NCBI GenBank assembly: GCA_965207885.1
Contig: OZ242311.1
Coordinates: 1,024,001 to 1,088,000, forward strand
Origin: Candidatus Latescibacterota bacterium
Lineage (GTDB): Bacteria; Latescibacterota; UBA2968
Reading direction: 5' to 3'
Length of the DNA stretch: 64,000 nt
Part shown: positions 1 through 10,859 of the stretch, in pieces
Position numbering within the stretch: position 1 is the first letter of the stretch
Layout of the letters: every line of letters starts with the position of its first letter
Made by a program: the position numbers and the translations under genes
The notes under the pieces: generated by a model
Database searches by the model: none
Seen by the model: only the letters and a program-made list of their open reading frames with translations
What the model was told of the DNA's origin: nothing

Positions 1-95
1 CAAAATTGACAGCAACTGTTCGCTATAGCAAGGGAGATGATATTGCGGCCGGGTGTGGACAGTTGTATTGGGAAATGGAGAAAGGTGTGAAGTAG
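1..95 (+). CDS. rlmN: 3' end of 23S rRNA m2A2503/tRNA methyltransferase RlmN (partial)
   Basis: Frame 3 reads ...TVRYSKGDDIAAGCGQLYWEMEKGVK*, matching the RlmN C-terminal TVRxSxGxDIxAACGQL motif. Confidence 0.85.
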   Translation, partial: KLTATVRYSKGDDIAAGCGQLYWEMEKGVK

Positions 96-152
96 GTAGG
101 GGACGGTCCCCGTGCCGTGCGTCATCGCGGCAGGGTTTTAGCCGCGATCCAG
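96..152. repeat. Adjacent REP-like palindromes: GTAG-type (96-120) and GTCATCGCGGCA...AGCCGCGATCCAG (121-152)
   Basis: GTAGGGGACGGTCCCCGTGCCGT followed by hairpin ATCGCGGC-N10-GCCGCGAT; the second element recurs at 17181 and 18014. Confidence 0.7.
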
Positions 153-222
153 AAGGTTTTGCCTCTGATTTTCATCCTGTTTATCCTTTCATCCTGCAAA
201 TCCTGATTCTGCCTTTTTACTC

Positions 223-251
223 TTGAAATATTTCCCTATCTGTTCTATGAT
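223..251 (+). promoter_or_regulatory. Putative sigma70 promoter for murA
   Basis: TTGAAA (223-228), 17-bp spacer, TATGAT (246-251). Confidence 0.5.
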
Positions 252-312
252 AAGCATAACCACGAAGCTACCTGTTTTTTCTCCTCCATAATACAGTTTG
301 GAGATGTTTTTT

Positions 313-1602
313 ATGGACCAATTTGTTATCGAGGGTGGACATCCTTTGTCTGGAACTGTTGTTCCTGCTGGCAATAAGAATGCGGCTCAACCTCTTTTGG
401 CGGCGACTTTGTTGACTGAAGAACCTGTGGTGCTAAAAAATGTACCTGATATTGGTGATATTGCCGTTATTGTCGAAATTTTGCGCGATCTGGGGGCAGA
501 GGTTCGCTACTCGGGTGATCACGAACTGACTATTTGTACACGGGATGTCCGCAAGTCTGTGTTGCGGGCCGATTTGTGCCGAAAAGTGCGCGGCAGTTTT
601 ATGTTTGCCGGTCCGTTGTTGGGGCGATTTGGGAGGGCGACTATTCCGCGACCTGGGGGCGATCGCATCGGTCGGCGGCGGGTCGATACGCATTTGATTG
701 CGCTGGAAGAACTCGGTGTGCGTTTTCATACCAATCACATTTACGATTTTGAGGCGCCCAGAGGCCTTGTGGGGGCGGACATTTTTCTGGATGAGCGCAG
801 TGTGACCGGCACTGAAAATGCCGTGATGGCAGCGGTTCTTGCGCGAGGTACGACTATTTTGAGCAATGTGGCTTCAGAGCCTCATGTGCAGGAATTGTGT
901 TTGATGCTGAACAGGATGGGTGCTCAAATTTCGGGTATTGGGACCAATGAACTGGTTATTGAAGGCGTGTCGAGGCTCTGTGGAACAACGCATACGATTG
1001 GTCCAGATTATATGGAGGTCGGCAGTTTTATTGGATTGGCAGGGGCGACCAATAGCGAGATACGCATTGTCAATGCTGCGCCCAAAAATATGCGCAAGAG
1101 TTTGATGGTGTTTCGGCGTTTGGGGCTGGAAGTTGAGGTCGATGGACAGGATATTGTGGTGCCGTCCTTTCAAAAGCTGGAAATTATGCCGGATGTGGGC
1201 GATGCGATTCCGCGCATTGACAACGATCCCTGGCCGGGTTTTCCACCCGATTTAATGAGTATTGCCATTGTGTTGGCGACACAGGCGCGGGGTACGGTGC
1301 TGTTTTTTGAGAAGATGTTTGAACAGCGCATGTACTGGTTGGACCGTCTCATCGATATGGGCGCGAAGATTGTGATTTGTGACCCGCATCGCGCTGTGGT
1401 GGTGGGGCCGTCAAAACTTTATGGCGAGCATTTGACGAGTCCCGATATTCGAGCGGGTATGGCGCTGATTATTGCGGCTTTGTGTGCCGAGGGTCAAAGT
1501 GTGATTAGAAATATCGAACAGATCGATCGCGGTTACGAACAAATCGATACGCGCTTGCGCAGTTTGGGTGCGCGTATTCAGCGGGTGACGGTAGAGGAGT
1601 AA
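313..1602 (+). CDS. murA: UDP-N-acetylglucosamine 1-carboxyvinyltransferase
   Basis: [36 protein letters not shown] and IDRGYE motifs; ATG at 313 preferred over TTG at 298. Confidence 0.95.
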   Translation: MDQFVIEGGHPLSGTVVPAGNKNAAQPLLAATLLTEEPVVLKNVPDIGDIAVIVEILRDLGAEVRYSGDHELTICTRDVRKSVLRADLCRKVRGSFMFAGPLLGRFGRATIPRPGGDRIGRRRVDTHLIALEELGVRFHTNHIYDFEAPRGLVGADIFLDERSVTGTENAVMAAVLARGTTILSNVASEPHVQELCLMLNRMGAQISGIGTNELVIEGVSRLCGTTHTIGPDYMEVGSFIGLAGATNSEIRIVNAAPKNMRKSLMVFRRLGLEVEVDGQDIVVPSFQKLEIMPDVGDAIPRIDNDPWPGFPPDLMSIAIVLATQARGTVLFFEKMFEQRMYWLDRLIDMGAKIVICDPHRAVVVGPSKLYGEHLTSPDIRAGMALIIAALCAEGQSVIRNIEQIDRGYEQIDTRLRSLGARIQRVTVEE

Positions 1603-1622
1603 TGGTAAAGAGGTGATTTGAT

Positions 1623-2948
1623 GTGACGAATGACCAGGATGCACGCATGGGCGCGCTGGAAATTGTGCGTCGTTTGCAGGCGCGGGGTTTTCGCGCTTTG
1701 TGGGCTGGTGGATGCGTGCGAGACATGTTGATGGGGCAGGTGCCCCGCGATTACGATATTGCCACAAATGCCGATCTCCAACAGGTGATCGGCATTTTTC
1801 CTCATGCACAGGTGGTTGGGGCGCATTTTGGGGTGGTGATTGTGCGGCTGGGTGATTATCATTATGAGGTGGCGCGTTTTCGCCGCGATCTGAAGTATTC
1901 CGATGGTCGGCATCCCGATGGTGTGGTGTTCGTGGATGAAGAAGAGGACGCGAGGAGGCGCGATTTTACCATTAATGGGATGTTTTACGATCCGGTGGTC
2001 AATGTTGTGCTCGACTATGTGGGGGGACAGGCTGATTTAAAAAAAAAGGCGATCCGCACGATTGGCGATCCGCATGCCCGATTTCGTGAAGATCGATTGC
2101 GTATGTTGCGCGCGATTCGCTTTGCGTGTCGGTATCACTGGCCCCTTGAGGAGAAGACGCGAGAGGCTATTGGAGAACTGAGCGCGGGTATTGTTTTTAT
2201 AAGTCACGAGCGCATTCGCGATGAAGTTGTTAAAATTTTGACCGAGGGGGGCTCGCCTTTGGGGGTGCGCTGGCTGATCGATTTGGGATTGATGGCGGTT
2301 TTTATGCCCGAGGTTGTGGCTATGGATGGTGTGCCCCAACCGCCTCAGTTTCATCCCGAAGGCGATGTGTTGACCCATACGCTTATTATGTTGGGTTTGA
2401 TGCAGAATCCCTCTGTAGAGTTGGCGATGGGTATTTTGTTGCACGATGTGGGCAAACCCCCTACTTATGAGGTGCGGGATCGCATTCGGTTTCACAATCA
2501 TACAAAAGTTGGGCGCGAGATGGCCGAGGAGATTTGCAGAAGGTTGCGTTTTTCGTCGGAACAGATAAAGCATATTGCGGCGTTGGTAGCAGATCATCAC
2601 AAATTTATGCATGTACAGGAGATGCGCTCGAGTACGTTGAAGCGCTTTTTGCGTACGGATCGGTTTGAAGATCACCTGGAATTGCACCGGATTGATTGTT
2701 TGTCGAGCCATGGTGCGTTGGACAATTATGCGTTTTGTAAGGCTGCGCTGGAGAATCTGGAGCCAGAACAAATCAGACCTGTTCCGTTGATTAATGGACG
2801 CGATTTGATTGCGATGGGACAAAAACCCGGTCCCGCGTTTAAGAAGGTGTTGCGGGCTGTTGAAGATGCACAGTTAGAAGGGCGTGTAACGCGACGCGAT
2901 GAGGCGTTGAGGTTGGCTACACAGGTGTTTGAATCGCTTGGGTTGTAG
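1623..2948 (+). CDS. CCA tRNA nucleotidyltransferase with HD domain
   Basis: GGCVRD, DYDIAT, RRDFTING, EDRLRMLRAIRF, HPEGDV and LLHDVGKP motifs. Confidence 0.9.
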   Translation: MTNDQDARMGALEIVRRLQARGFRALWAGGCVRDMLMGQVPRDYDIATNADLQQVIGIFPHAQVVGAHFGVVIVRLGDYHYEVARFRRDLKYSDGRHPDGVVFVDEEEDARRRDFTINGMFYDPVVNVVLDYVGGQADLKKKAIRTIGDPHARFREDRLRMLRAIRFACRYHWPLEEKTREAIGELSAGIVFISHERIRDEVVKILTEGGSPLGVRWLIDLGLMAVFMPEVVAMDGVPQPPQFHPEGDVLTHTLIMLGLMQNPSVELAMGILLHDVGKPPTYEVRDRIRFHNHTKVGREMAEEICRRLRFSSEQIKHIAALVADHHKFMHVQEMRSSTLKRFLRTDRFEDHLELHRIDCLSSHGALDNYAFCKAALENLEPEQIRPVPLINGRDLIAMGQKPGPAFKKVLRAVEDAQLEGRVTRRDEALRLATQVFESLGL

Positions 2949-3045
2949 TTCTGCAGTTCATCCTGCAACTGTTTGCCCGTTGAGATGTATAAGAGATGAT
3001 ATTTGAGATGTTTACTGGTTGCTGTTTTTTTCAGGAGGTAGGAGA

Positions 3046-3612
3046 ATGTATAAACGATTGTTTGCAGGTCTGATGTTGATGGCTATGGGGTGGACACCCG
3101 CCTGGGCGACGACTGTGAAGACGTTTGTTTTTGAAGAAATGTGCGAAACTGCGCAGACTATTGTATATGTCAAATGTCTCGCGCGCGATAATGCAGTTTT
3201 TGCCGATCGAGAGGGTATTTTTACCCAAACGCGGTTTAAAATTATGGAGGTGGTCAAAGGGCAGACTGATTCAGAAATGGTGCTGACTTTGCCCGGCGGT
3301 GAGTGGGAAGGACAGCGCATGTATGTGCCTGGTATGCCGCAGTTTGTGGTGGGGCAAGAGACTGTGCTGTTTCTTTCGAAGCGCGACGATTTTGGTTCTC
3401 CATGGCCGATGGGATTGGGACAGGGATGTTATGCCGTGCAGGTGGGCGAAGGTGGAAATCGCCAGGTCAGACTCAGACATGTGCCTTTGCCTCCGGAGGT
3501 GCGCAGCAAACCCGCACAAGCGCAAACATCGCACATGGAGTTGGGCGATTTTTTGACTGCGGTTCGAGAAGTGCTCAATTTGAACCAGCAAGAGGCACCT
3601 GCTGAACAGTAA
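3046..3612 (+). CDS. Hypothetical exported protein
   Basis: SD GGAG, N-terminal signal peptide ending AWA, GMPQF..G...VLFL motif. Confidence 0.65.
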   Translation: MYKRLFAGLMLMAMGWTPAWATTVKTFVFEEMCETAQTIVYVKCLARDNAVFADREGIFTQTRFKIMEVVKGQTDSEMVLTLPGGEWEGQRMYVPGMPQFVVGQETVLFLSKRDDFGSPWPMGLGQGCYAVQVGEGGNRQVRLRHVPLPPEVRSKPAQAQTSHMELGDFLTAVREVLNLNQQEAPAEQ

Positions 3613-3620
3613 GGGGTAAT

Positions 3621-4709
3621 ATGAATCTGCATTTTGATATTCGAGATATTTTTCGCTGTGTGCGACTGGGTTGGTCTGGGAAAAAAATTTGGGTTGGGCT
3701 GTTGGGGCTGGCCGCAGCTTGGGCGGGCTATTCGGCTTTGTTGCTTATCGCACATGTCCGCGCAGGCAGTGGGGACATGTGGCAGCGCTATGGTTTATTC
3801 CCTGGCGCAGCGATCGGTGAATTTGATCTGCTTGGCACGGGGTTGCACATTTTGGGCATGGTGTTTGCCCTTGCGGTGGTGTTTGTAACGACCAGTATGA
3901 TGTGCAAGATCACTTTTCAGCAGCTTCGGGGCGATGAATTTTATTCGGTTGGCGATGTCTGCCGATTTGCAAGCGCGCGCTGGAAAACCGTGCTGTTTGG
4001 CCCCGTTGCCGTGCTTGCTCTGTTTGCCCTTTTTGTGGTTGGCGGCGTTGTGATTGGGTGGATTGCCGGCTGGATCCCCTCGGTGGGTGAGATAGTTTTC
4101 GCGCTGTGTTTTATTCCCATTTTTTTTGCGGCTTTGTTGGCTGTGTTTATCGGTCTGGTATTTGTTGTTGCTGTGATTATGTCGCCAGCTATTGTGGGTA
4201 CAGAGGGGGTTGATATTTTAGATGTTGTGATACAGTCGTTTTCACTGACGTGGTCACAGCCCTGGCGATTGGTTTTGTATGCGGTGTGGATGATTTTTGC
4301 GGTGTGGGTTGGTTTGATGATGCTGGGAGCTTTAACCATGGGTGCGATTGGTCTGATTGCCTGGGCATGTGGTTTGTTTATGGATGTTAAACTGGCCAAT
4401 CTTTTTTACGTGGCGTCGCACTATCTCTTGTTTGTCCCGGAGAAATGGGATGATTTGTTTGCGAGTTTGCCCGTGCCTGGGACACCGTCGGGAGCCGAGG
4501 TCTGGGGTGGTGGTATCCTCGGGGTGATGCTCATTGTGATTACGGGTATTGTGGTTGCTTATGTCCAGGCGACTTATGCGTCGGGACTGAGTTTGATGTA
4601 TGTGGTTTTAAGACATCGCAAGGACGATGAAAATTTGCTTGCTCGAGATGATGATCTCGAGGTTGTGAGCGAGGAGGCCAGCGATAACACTGATTCCGAA
4701 ACGGCATAG
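3621..4709 (+). CDS. Multi-pass membrane protein of unknown function
   Basis: Several long hydrophobic segments and an acidic C-terminal tail; operon-like spacing. Confidence 0.7.
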   Translation: MNLHFDIRDIFRCVRLGWSGKKIWVGLLGLAAAWAGYSALLLIAHVRAGSGDMWQRYGLFPGAAIGEFDLLGTGLHILGMVFALAVVFVTTSMMCKITFQQLRGDEFYSVGDVCRFASARWKTVLFGPVAVLALFALFVVGGVVIGWIAGWIPSVGEIVFALCFIPIFFAALLAVFIGLVFVVAVIMSPAIVGTEGVDILDVVIQSFSLTWSQPWRLVLYAVWMIFAVWVGLMMLGALTMGAIGLIAWACGLFMDVKLANLFYVASHYLLFVPEKWDDLFASLPVPGTPSGAEVWGGGILGVMLIVITGIVVAYVQATYASGLSLMYVVLRHRKDDENLLARDDDLEVVSEEASDNTDSETA

Positions 4710-4728
4710 GTCAAATTTTCCCGTTGAC

Positions 4729-5742
4729 TTGCTGCGCGAGGTGGCAATCCAGGCGCGGCTGGCCGAAGGTGCCGAGGGTGTGCGTCGCATTCTGCGAACG
4801 GTTTTTATGGCTGAGCAGATTCCCGTTCGCAATGTCGCCCAGGAGGTGGGGTTGCCCGTTCCCGTGGTTGCCGCTGTGCGGGGTGAATTGGAAAAGAGAG
4901 GTATTTTGACGCGAAAAGGAGGGGTTTCGCTCACGGGTAAGGGCCTGAGTGTTGTGCAATCGGAGTTGGGGCTGTCATGCCGCAAACGCTTTGCGCGCCC
5001 GGGCGTGCCTCCCATACCTGTGGTTTTGAAAGATCTGTGTGGTCGTTTTGCAGATATTGCTGAGAGGCGACCAGAGGTCGATGTCAAACTGGATCAGTCT
5101 CATGCAACGCCCGAAACTGTTTTAAGGCGCGCTGTGTATTTGTACGAACACGATGCTCTCGAAGGGCGCAATCTGCTCGTTCTTGGGGACGACGATCTGA
5201 CGTCTGTGGCGGTGGGATTGCTGGCGCAGCATTTGGAGATTGTTCTCGGGCAGGTGGTGGTGTTGGAGTGCGATGGGCGGCTCGTTGATTTTCTCGGTGT
5301 AATCAGCGAACGCGAAGGGTTGCCTATCACTGTGATTGCACGCGATTTGCGCGAAGATATTCCGGGTGACCTGTGCGGGCAAATGGATGTGTTTTTTACC
5401 GATCCACCCTACACGTTGTCCGGTTTGTCGTTATTTGTTTCTCGCGGTGCTTCTGCACTGGTGCCCGAGGTGGGCAAGCAGGGGTTTGTCAGTTTTGGCC
5501 GTCGTTCACCAGATGAGACAGTACGGGCGATTGGTTCATTGATCGAGATGGGCTTTGCGCCTGTGGAAATCATACCGGATTTTAATGAATATGTCGGTGC
5601 CCAGGTATTGGGTGGGGTCAGTCAGATGATTCGTCTGATTTCTACCGGGAAGCCACAGCCTCTTGTGACTGGCACATATCACGGGGCACTGTACACGGCT
5701 GATCTCAAAAGGCGGCGACAAGGTGATCGGGCATCCCATTGA
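4729..5742 (+). CDS. BpsA-like (bis-aminopropyl spermidine synthase / DUF43) protein
   Basis: LDQ..AT.ET, GDDDLTS and DVFFTDPPYT motifs; N-terminal HTH-like region; start codon uncertain. Confidence 0.8.
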   Translation: MLREVAIQARLAEGAEGVRRILRTVFMAEQIPVRNVAQEVGLPVPVVAAVRGELEKRGILTRKGGVSLTGKGLSVVQSELGLSCRKRFARPGVPPIPVVLKDLCGRFADIAERRPEVDVKLDQSHATPETVLRRAVYLYEHDALEGRNLLVLGDDDLTSVAVGLLAQHLEIVLGQVVVLECDGRLVDFLGVISEREGLPITVIARDLREDIPGDLCGQMDVFFTDPPYTLSGLSLFVSRGASALVPEVGKQGFVSFGRRSPDETVRAIGSLIEMGFAPVEIIPDFNEYVGAQVLGGVSQMIRLISTGKPQPLVTGTYHGALYTADLKRRRQGDRASH

Positions 5743-6601
5743 TCCCACGTATGGCGAGTATTTGCGCGATGTGTTTTTGCGAGCAAATAAGCGGGCTTGG
5801 TGTTATTTTCCGCCCTTTCTCTGTGCTTTTAGTCTCGCTCCCAATCGGATTGTTTGCGTCGATGAAATTGCGGGGAGTACGTGTCTGTTCGTACAGCGTC
5901 CAGAAGGTGTTGACTTGCTGCTGCCACCTGTTCCCTGTGATGCTGATACGCTGAAGAGGGTTGTCGATAAACTTGCCTCTCATCAGGGTGGTCGTCTGCC
6001 GAGAATTTTGTGGTTAGATGCCTGTGATGCCAAATATGTAGATACCGACAAGTTTGCACTTCGCGATAAAGACGCAGAATACGTTTACGATCCATCGCAG
6101 ATTGCTGTGGCTACAGGAAGGCGTTTCAGGGATGTGCGCAAGCGCGTGCGCCGTTTTGAGCGCGCCCACGCGTTCCGTTTTCGCGCTTTGACTGCGTGGG
6201 ATGTGCCGGATTGTTTCGCGCTGTTGAAGCATTGGCGTCGGCGCCAGGGGCGTCGGCATCCCTTTTTGCTGGACTGGGGATATACGCGAGTAGCGCTCGA
6301 TCAGTTTCATTTTTGGTCAGAAGATGTGTTGTGGGGGTGGTGTGTGGAGGTTGCGGGACGGATTGAGGCTTTTGCCCTGAGCGGAAAGATGCAGCCCGAT
6401 TTGGCGCATTTTTTTGTTGCGAAGACCAATCCCGATTTGCCCGATTTGTCGTATTTTTTGCGATGGCGGGTCTATGGCGCGTTGTCTGCTTATCGCCGCG
6501 TAAATGACGCTGGAGATCTGGGTTTGTCGGGTTTGCGCCAGTTCAAGCAGAAATTTCGACCTGTGGATCAGTGGCGGGTTTTTTCAGCAGAACCCCTGTG
6601 A
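5723..6601 (+). CDS. DUF2156 / phosphatidylglycerol lysyltransferase-like GNAT-fold protein
   Basis: EYVY, G..F...RK and VNDAGDLGLSGLRQFKQKFRP motifs; overlaps the upstream gene. Confidence 0.7.
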   Translation: MIGHPIDPTYGEYLRDVFLRANKRAWCYFPPFLCAFSLAPNRIVCVDEIAGSTCLFVQRPEGVDLLLPPVPCDADTLKRVVDKLASHQGGRLPRILWLDACDAKYVDTDKFALRDKDAEYVYDPSQIAVATGRRFRDVRKRVRRFERAHAFRFRALTAWDVPDCFALLKHWRRRQGRRHPFLLDWGYTRVALDQFHFWSEDVLWGWCVEVAGRIEAFALSGKMQPDLAHFFVAKTNPDLPDLSYFLRWRVYGALSAYRRVNDAGDLGLSGLRQFKQKFRPVDQWRVFSAEPL

Positions 6602-6609
6602 GGCATATT

Positions 6610-6897
6610 ATGAACAGGTTGCTAATCGTTGCAATTTTTAGTCTATGGATTTGTGGATGCGAGACCACATCGCCCTCTTCTTATGTTTATTACGAGGTGG
6701 TGCATTCTCCAGAGCAAGTCGCGGTGGGAGATTCTCTGTTGATAGAGACCAGAGAGGGCGCGACATTTCAAGGGATTTTGTTGCGGGCAGATAAAGAAGA
6801 GATTGTGGTGACGACAGAGACGCAGGGTAAGGTCCGGGTACTCTGGCGCGAGGTCTCCAAGGTGAAGCGCGTTATAAGGGCAAGGGCGCAGGAGTGA
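6610..6897 (+). CDS. Small lipoprotein
   Basis: Signal peptide with lipobox-like ICGC. Confidence 0.55.
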   Translation: MNRLLIVAIFSLWICGCETTSPSSYVYYEVVHSPEQVAVGDSLLIETREGATFQGILLRADKEEIVVTTETQGKVRVLWREVSKVKRVIRARAQE

Positions 6898-7687
6898 GAA
6901 GACGATCTACTTCGTTGGACCAGGTGTTGGCAATGCAAAGGCCGTATTCTTTTTTTCCTCCTGTGGCAAGGGGACCTGTGAGGTGGGTATAGCGTCGGGT
7001 CGCTTTGAGGTTTTTGGGGATATAGTCGGTGTTCAAAAAGTGCAGTGCAAGGCCCGCGCGTTCTCTGTGTGTGGTATTTGCATGTGTGCGATGTGCAATG
7101 CCAAAGTTGAAGAAGACGGCACCTCCGGCTGGCAATTCAATGGGGATGGCTCTTTCTTCGGGTACTGTGCAGTGGATGTGGTGGTCGCTGTTGGGGTCCC
7201 GGTCGTGGGCGTAAATTTCGCGGTGGCTGTCGGGTACGATGTGCAGTGTGCCGTTGGCGATGTTGGCATCGTGAAGGGCAACCCACATGCCAACGCCTTT
7301 GGCGGGATCGCTGATTTTGAAATACGCGTTGTCCTGGTGCCAGTCCGTGCCAATGCCCTGTTTGCCAGGTTTGAGAAAGATCTGGTCGAGGTGGAATACA
7401 AAGGGAGAGCCGATGAGTTGCCCGACAAGCGCGAGGACTTTGGGGTGAAAGTGCAGGGCGCGATAAAAAGGGCTTTTGGGCGTGATGGGACAGATTTGCA
7501 GGTTGATTTGCGTTTGTGAATGGGTCTGCCCATCCCCGTCGGTGGCGACATTGCGGAGGAGGCCCTCGCGTTTGAAGCGGTCGAGTTCAGCGCGCATGGC
7601 GCGTATTTCCCGGCGGGTGAACATGTCGGGGACTATGGCGTAACCCGAGGTGCGAAAGCGGTCGAGTTGTTCTTGTGTTAGAGACAT
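6872..7687 (-). CDS. Phytanoyl-CoA dioxygenase family (Fe/2OG) protein
   Basis: WHQDNAY (HxD), WVALHDA...NGTL and a distal His (AHRT). Confidence 0.9.
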   Translation of the reverse strand: MSLTQEQLDRFRTSGYAIVPDMFTRREIRAMRAELDRFKREGLLRNVATDGDGQTHSQTQINLQICPITPKSPFYRALHFHPKVLALVGQLIGSPFVFHLDQIFLKPGKQGIGTDWHQDNAYFKISDPAKGVGMWVALHDANIANGTLHIVPDSHREIYAHDRDPNSDHHIHCTVPEERAIPIELPAGGAVFFNFGIAHRTHANTTHRERAGLALHFLNTDYIPKNLKATRRYTHLTGPLATGGKKEYGLCIANTWSNEVDRLLTPAPLPL

Positions 7688-7695
7688 TTTCCCTC

Positions 7696-8700
<1,005 letters not shown>

Positions 8701-8726
8701 GATGTCTGGTTCCATTTGCGAGGCGG

Positions 8727-9713
8727 TCAGTTTTCCAGCCAACAACTGACGCGATGGCCCGATTCGATTTCGAGGAGTTGTGGTTCTTCTCGGCACTTAT
8801 CCATTGCATGCGGGCACCGCGGGGCAAAGGCGCAGCCTTGTGGGATTTCAAAAGGATCGGGGATTGTGCCTTCGATGGGTACCAGGCGGCGTTTTTGTCC
8901 CACTTGTGGAATGGAGTTCAGCAGGCCCCTGGTGTAGGGATGGCGCGGATCTTTGAAGACGGTGCGCGTGTCGGAGTATTCGACGATTTTACCCAGGTAC
9001 ATCACCGCGACGTAGTCGGCCATGCTGGCGACGACGCCGAGGTCGTGGGTGATGAGCATGATCGCCATGCCGATGTCGGATTGGAGATGGCGCATCAGGT
9101 CCAGGATTTGGGCTTGGACCGTGACATCGAGGGCTGTCGTGGGTTCGTCGGCGATGAGCAAGCTGGGATTGCACGAGAGGGCCATTGCGATCATGGCGCG
9201 CTGACGCATGCCGCCTGAGAGTTCATGGGGATACGCATCGACCTGACGGTCGGGACGCGGTAGGCGCACTTTGTTGAGGGCATCGATAGCGCGTTCACGA
9301 GCTTCTTTTTTGTCTGCGTTCTGATGTAGCATGATCGCCTCGGCAATTTGGTTGCCCACGGTGTGTACAGGGCTGAGAGAGGTCATAGGCTCCTGAAAGA
9401 TCATGGCGATGTCATTCCCGCGAATGTCGCGCATCTGCGTGCCTTTGGGATTGAGTTGTGTCAGGTCAATGGGATCGCTTTCGGGATCTTTGTGAAAGAG
9501 GATCTGCCCGTGTTCGATTTTGCCCGGGGGACTCGGGATGAGGCGCATGGTTGAAAAGGCGGTGATGCTTTTTCCACAGCCCGATTCGCCGACCAGGCCG
9601 AGGGTTTTTTCGGGCGCTATGGATAGGGATACGCCATCGACCGCGCGCACGACGCCATCGTCGGTGTGGAAATAGGTTTTGAGGTCGCGTATGTCTAAGA
9701 GCGGTTGGGTCAT
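8727..9713 (-). CDS. Oligopeptide ABC transporter ATP-binding protein (OppD-like)
   Basis: [16 protein letters not shown] and DEPTTALD motifs. Confidence 0.92.
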   Translation of the reverse strand: MTQPLLDIRDLKTYFHTDDGVVRAVDGVSLSIAPEKTLGLVGESGCGKSITAFSTMRLIPSPPGKIEHGQILFHKDPESDPIDLTQLNPKGTQMRDIRGNDIAMIFQEPMTSLSPVHTVGNQIAEAIMLHQNADKKEARERAIDALNKVRLPRPDRQVDAYPHELSGGMRQRAMIAMALSCNPSLLIADEPTTALDVTVQAQILDLMRHLQSDIGMAIMLITHDLGVVASMADYVAVMYLGKIVEYSDTRTVFKDPRHPYTRGLLNSIPQVGQKRRLVPIEGTIPDPFEIPQGCAFAPRCPHAMDKCREEPQLLEIESGHRVSCWLEN

Positions 9714-9716
9714 ATC

Positions 9717-10859
9717 TTATCTGCTCGAATACGGGTCGGCTGCATCGCGCAGGCCATCGCCGAGGAAGTTGAAGGCGAGGACGGCAATGATGATGCAGAC
9801 CCCCGGGATGAGGAGCCAGGGATAGAGACTGAGCGAGTGAATGTTCATGGCGTCGGATAAGAGCAATCCCCAGGAGGTCATGGGCGGTTTGATGCCCAGG
9901 CCCAGAAAACTCAATGTACTTTCGCCGAGGATGAATCCGGGAATGGCGAGGGTTGCAATGACGATGATGTGGCTGAACATGGATGGGAGCAGGTGCCGAA
10001 AAATGATGCGCCGATCTTTGGCACCGGCCACGCGGGCGGCCAGTACAAAGTCGGATTCGCGGATGGACAGAGTTTTGCCGCGTATTTCACGGGCGAGTCC
10101 GCCCCAGCCCACGAGCGCGAGTACGGTGACAATGCCCATAAAGACCAGATGCGAGGGCCATTCGGGAGGCAATATTGCGCTGAGGGCCATGAGAATGGGG
10201 ATAGATGGAAATGCAAAGATGAGTTCGATGATGCGCTGGATGATGTTATCGATATTGCCGCCGTAATAGCCGGAGATCACACCGAGTGTGGAGCCGAGGG
10301 TGAGGCTGATGAATACGGCGAGCAGGCCAATGGTGAGGGAGATGCGGCCCCCTGCGATAATGCGCGAGAGCATGTCGCGCCCAAAGCGGTCGGTGCCGAG
10401 GAGGAACATGGGATTGTCTTTGCCGGTGCCAAACAGGTGGATGTCGGTGGTAAAGAGGCCGTAGAATGTGTATTGGGCACCTCGCGCAAAGGGGTACACG
10501 GGATAGCGCACAGAGGCGTCTTCGGTATAGGTTTTGATACCGGTTTGCAGGTCAAAAGATTTTTTGATGCCATAGACAAAGGGCCAGTGGATGCCGTCTT
10601 GAGAGAATATGTGGATGCGCTGGGCGGGCAGGTGTACGTAGTTATAGTAGCGATGCGCCGGATCGTGTGGGGCAAGAAATTCGCCCAGAAAGACGCAGAT
10701 GTAGAGAAAGATGACCACGCATCCACCGATGACGCCAGCGCGGTGTTTTTTGAAACGCCGCCAGATGAGCTGGCGCTGTGAATAGGTGGCGGTGGTTGTG
10801 TTTTCTACGACGAGGGTTTCTTCGCGCTCGTCGGGAGGTGTTTCGACGACACTACTCAT
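9717..10859 (-). CDS. Oligopeptide ABC transporter permease (OppC-like)
   Basis: LGTDRFGRD, EAA-like loop and ESTLSFLGLG motif. Confidence 0.9.
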   Translation of the reverse strand: MSSVVETPPDEREETLVVENTTTATYSQRQLIWRRFKKHRAGVIGGCVVIFLYICVFLGEFLAPHDPAHRYYNYVHLPAQRIHIFSQDGIHWPFVYGIKKSFDLQTGIKTYTEDASVRYPVYPFARGAQYTFYGLFTTDIHLFGTGKDNPMFLLGTDRFGRDMLSRIIAGGRISLTIGLLAVFISLTLGSTLGVISGYYGGNIDNIIQRIIELIFAFPSIPILMALSAILPPEWPSHLVFMGIVTVLALVGWGGLAREIRGKTLSIRESDFVLAARVAGAKDRRIIFRHLLPSMFSHIIVIATLAIPGFILGESTLSFLGLGIKPPMTSWGLLLSDAMNIHSLSLYPWLLIPGVCIIIAVLAFNFLGDGLRDAADPYSSR

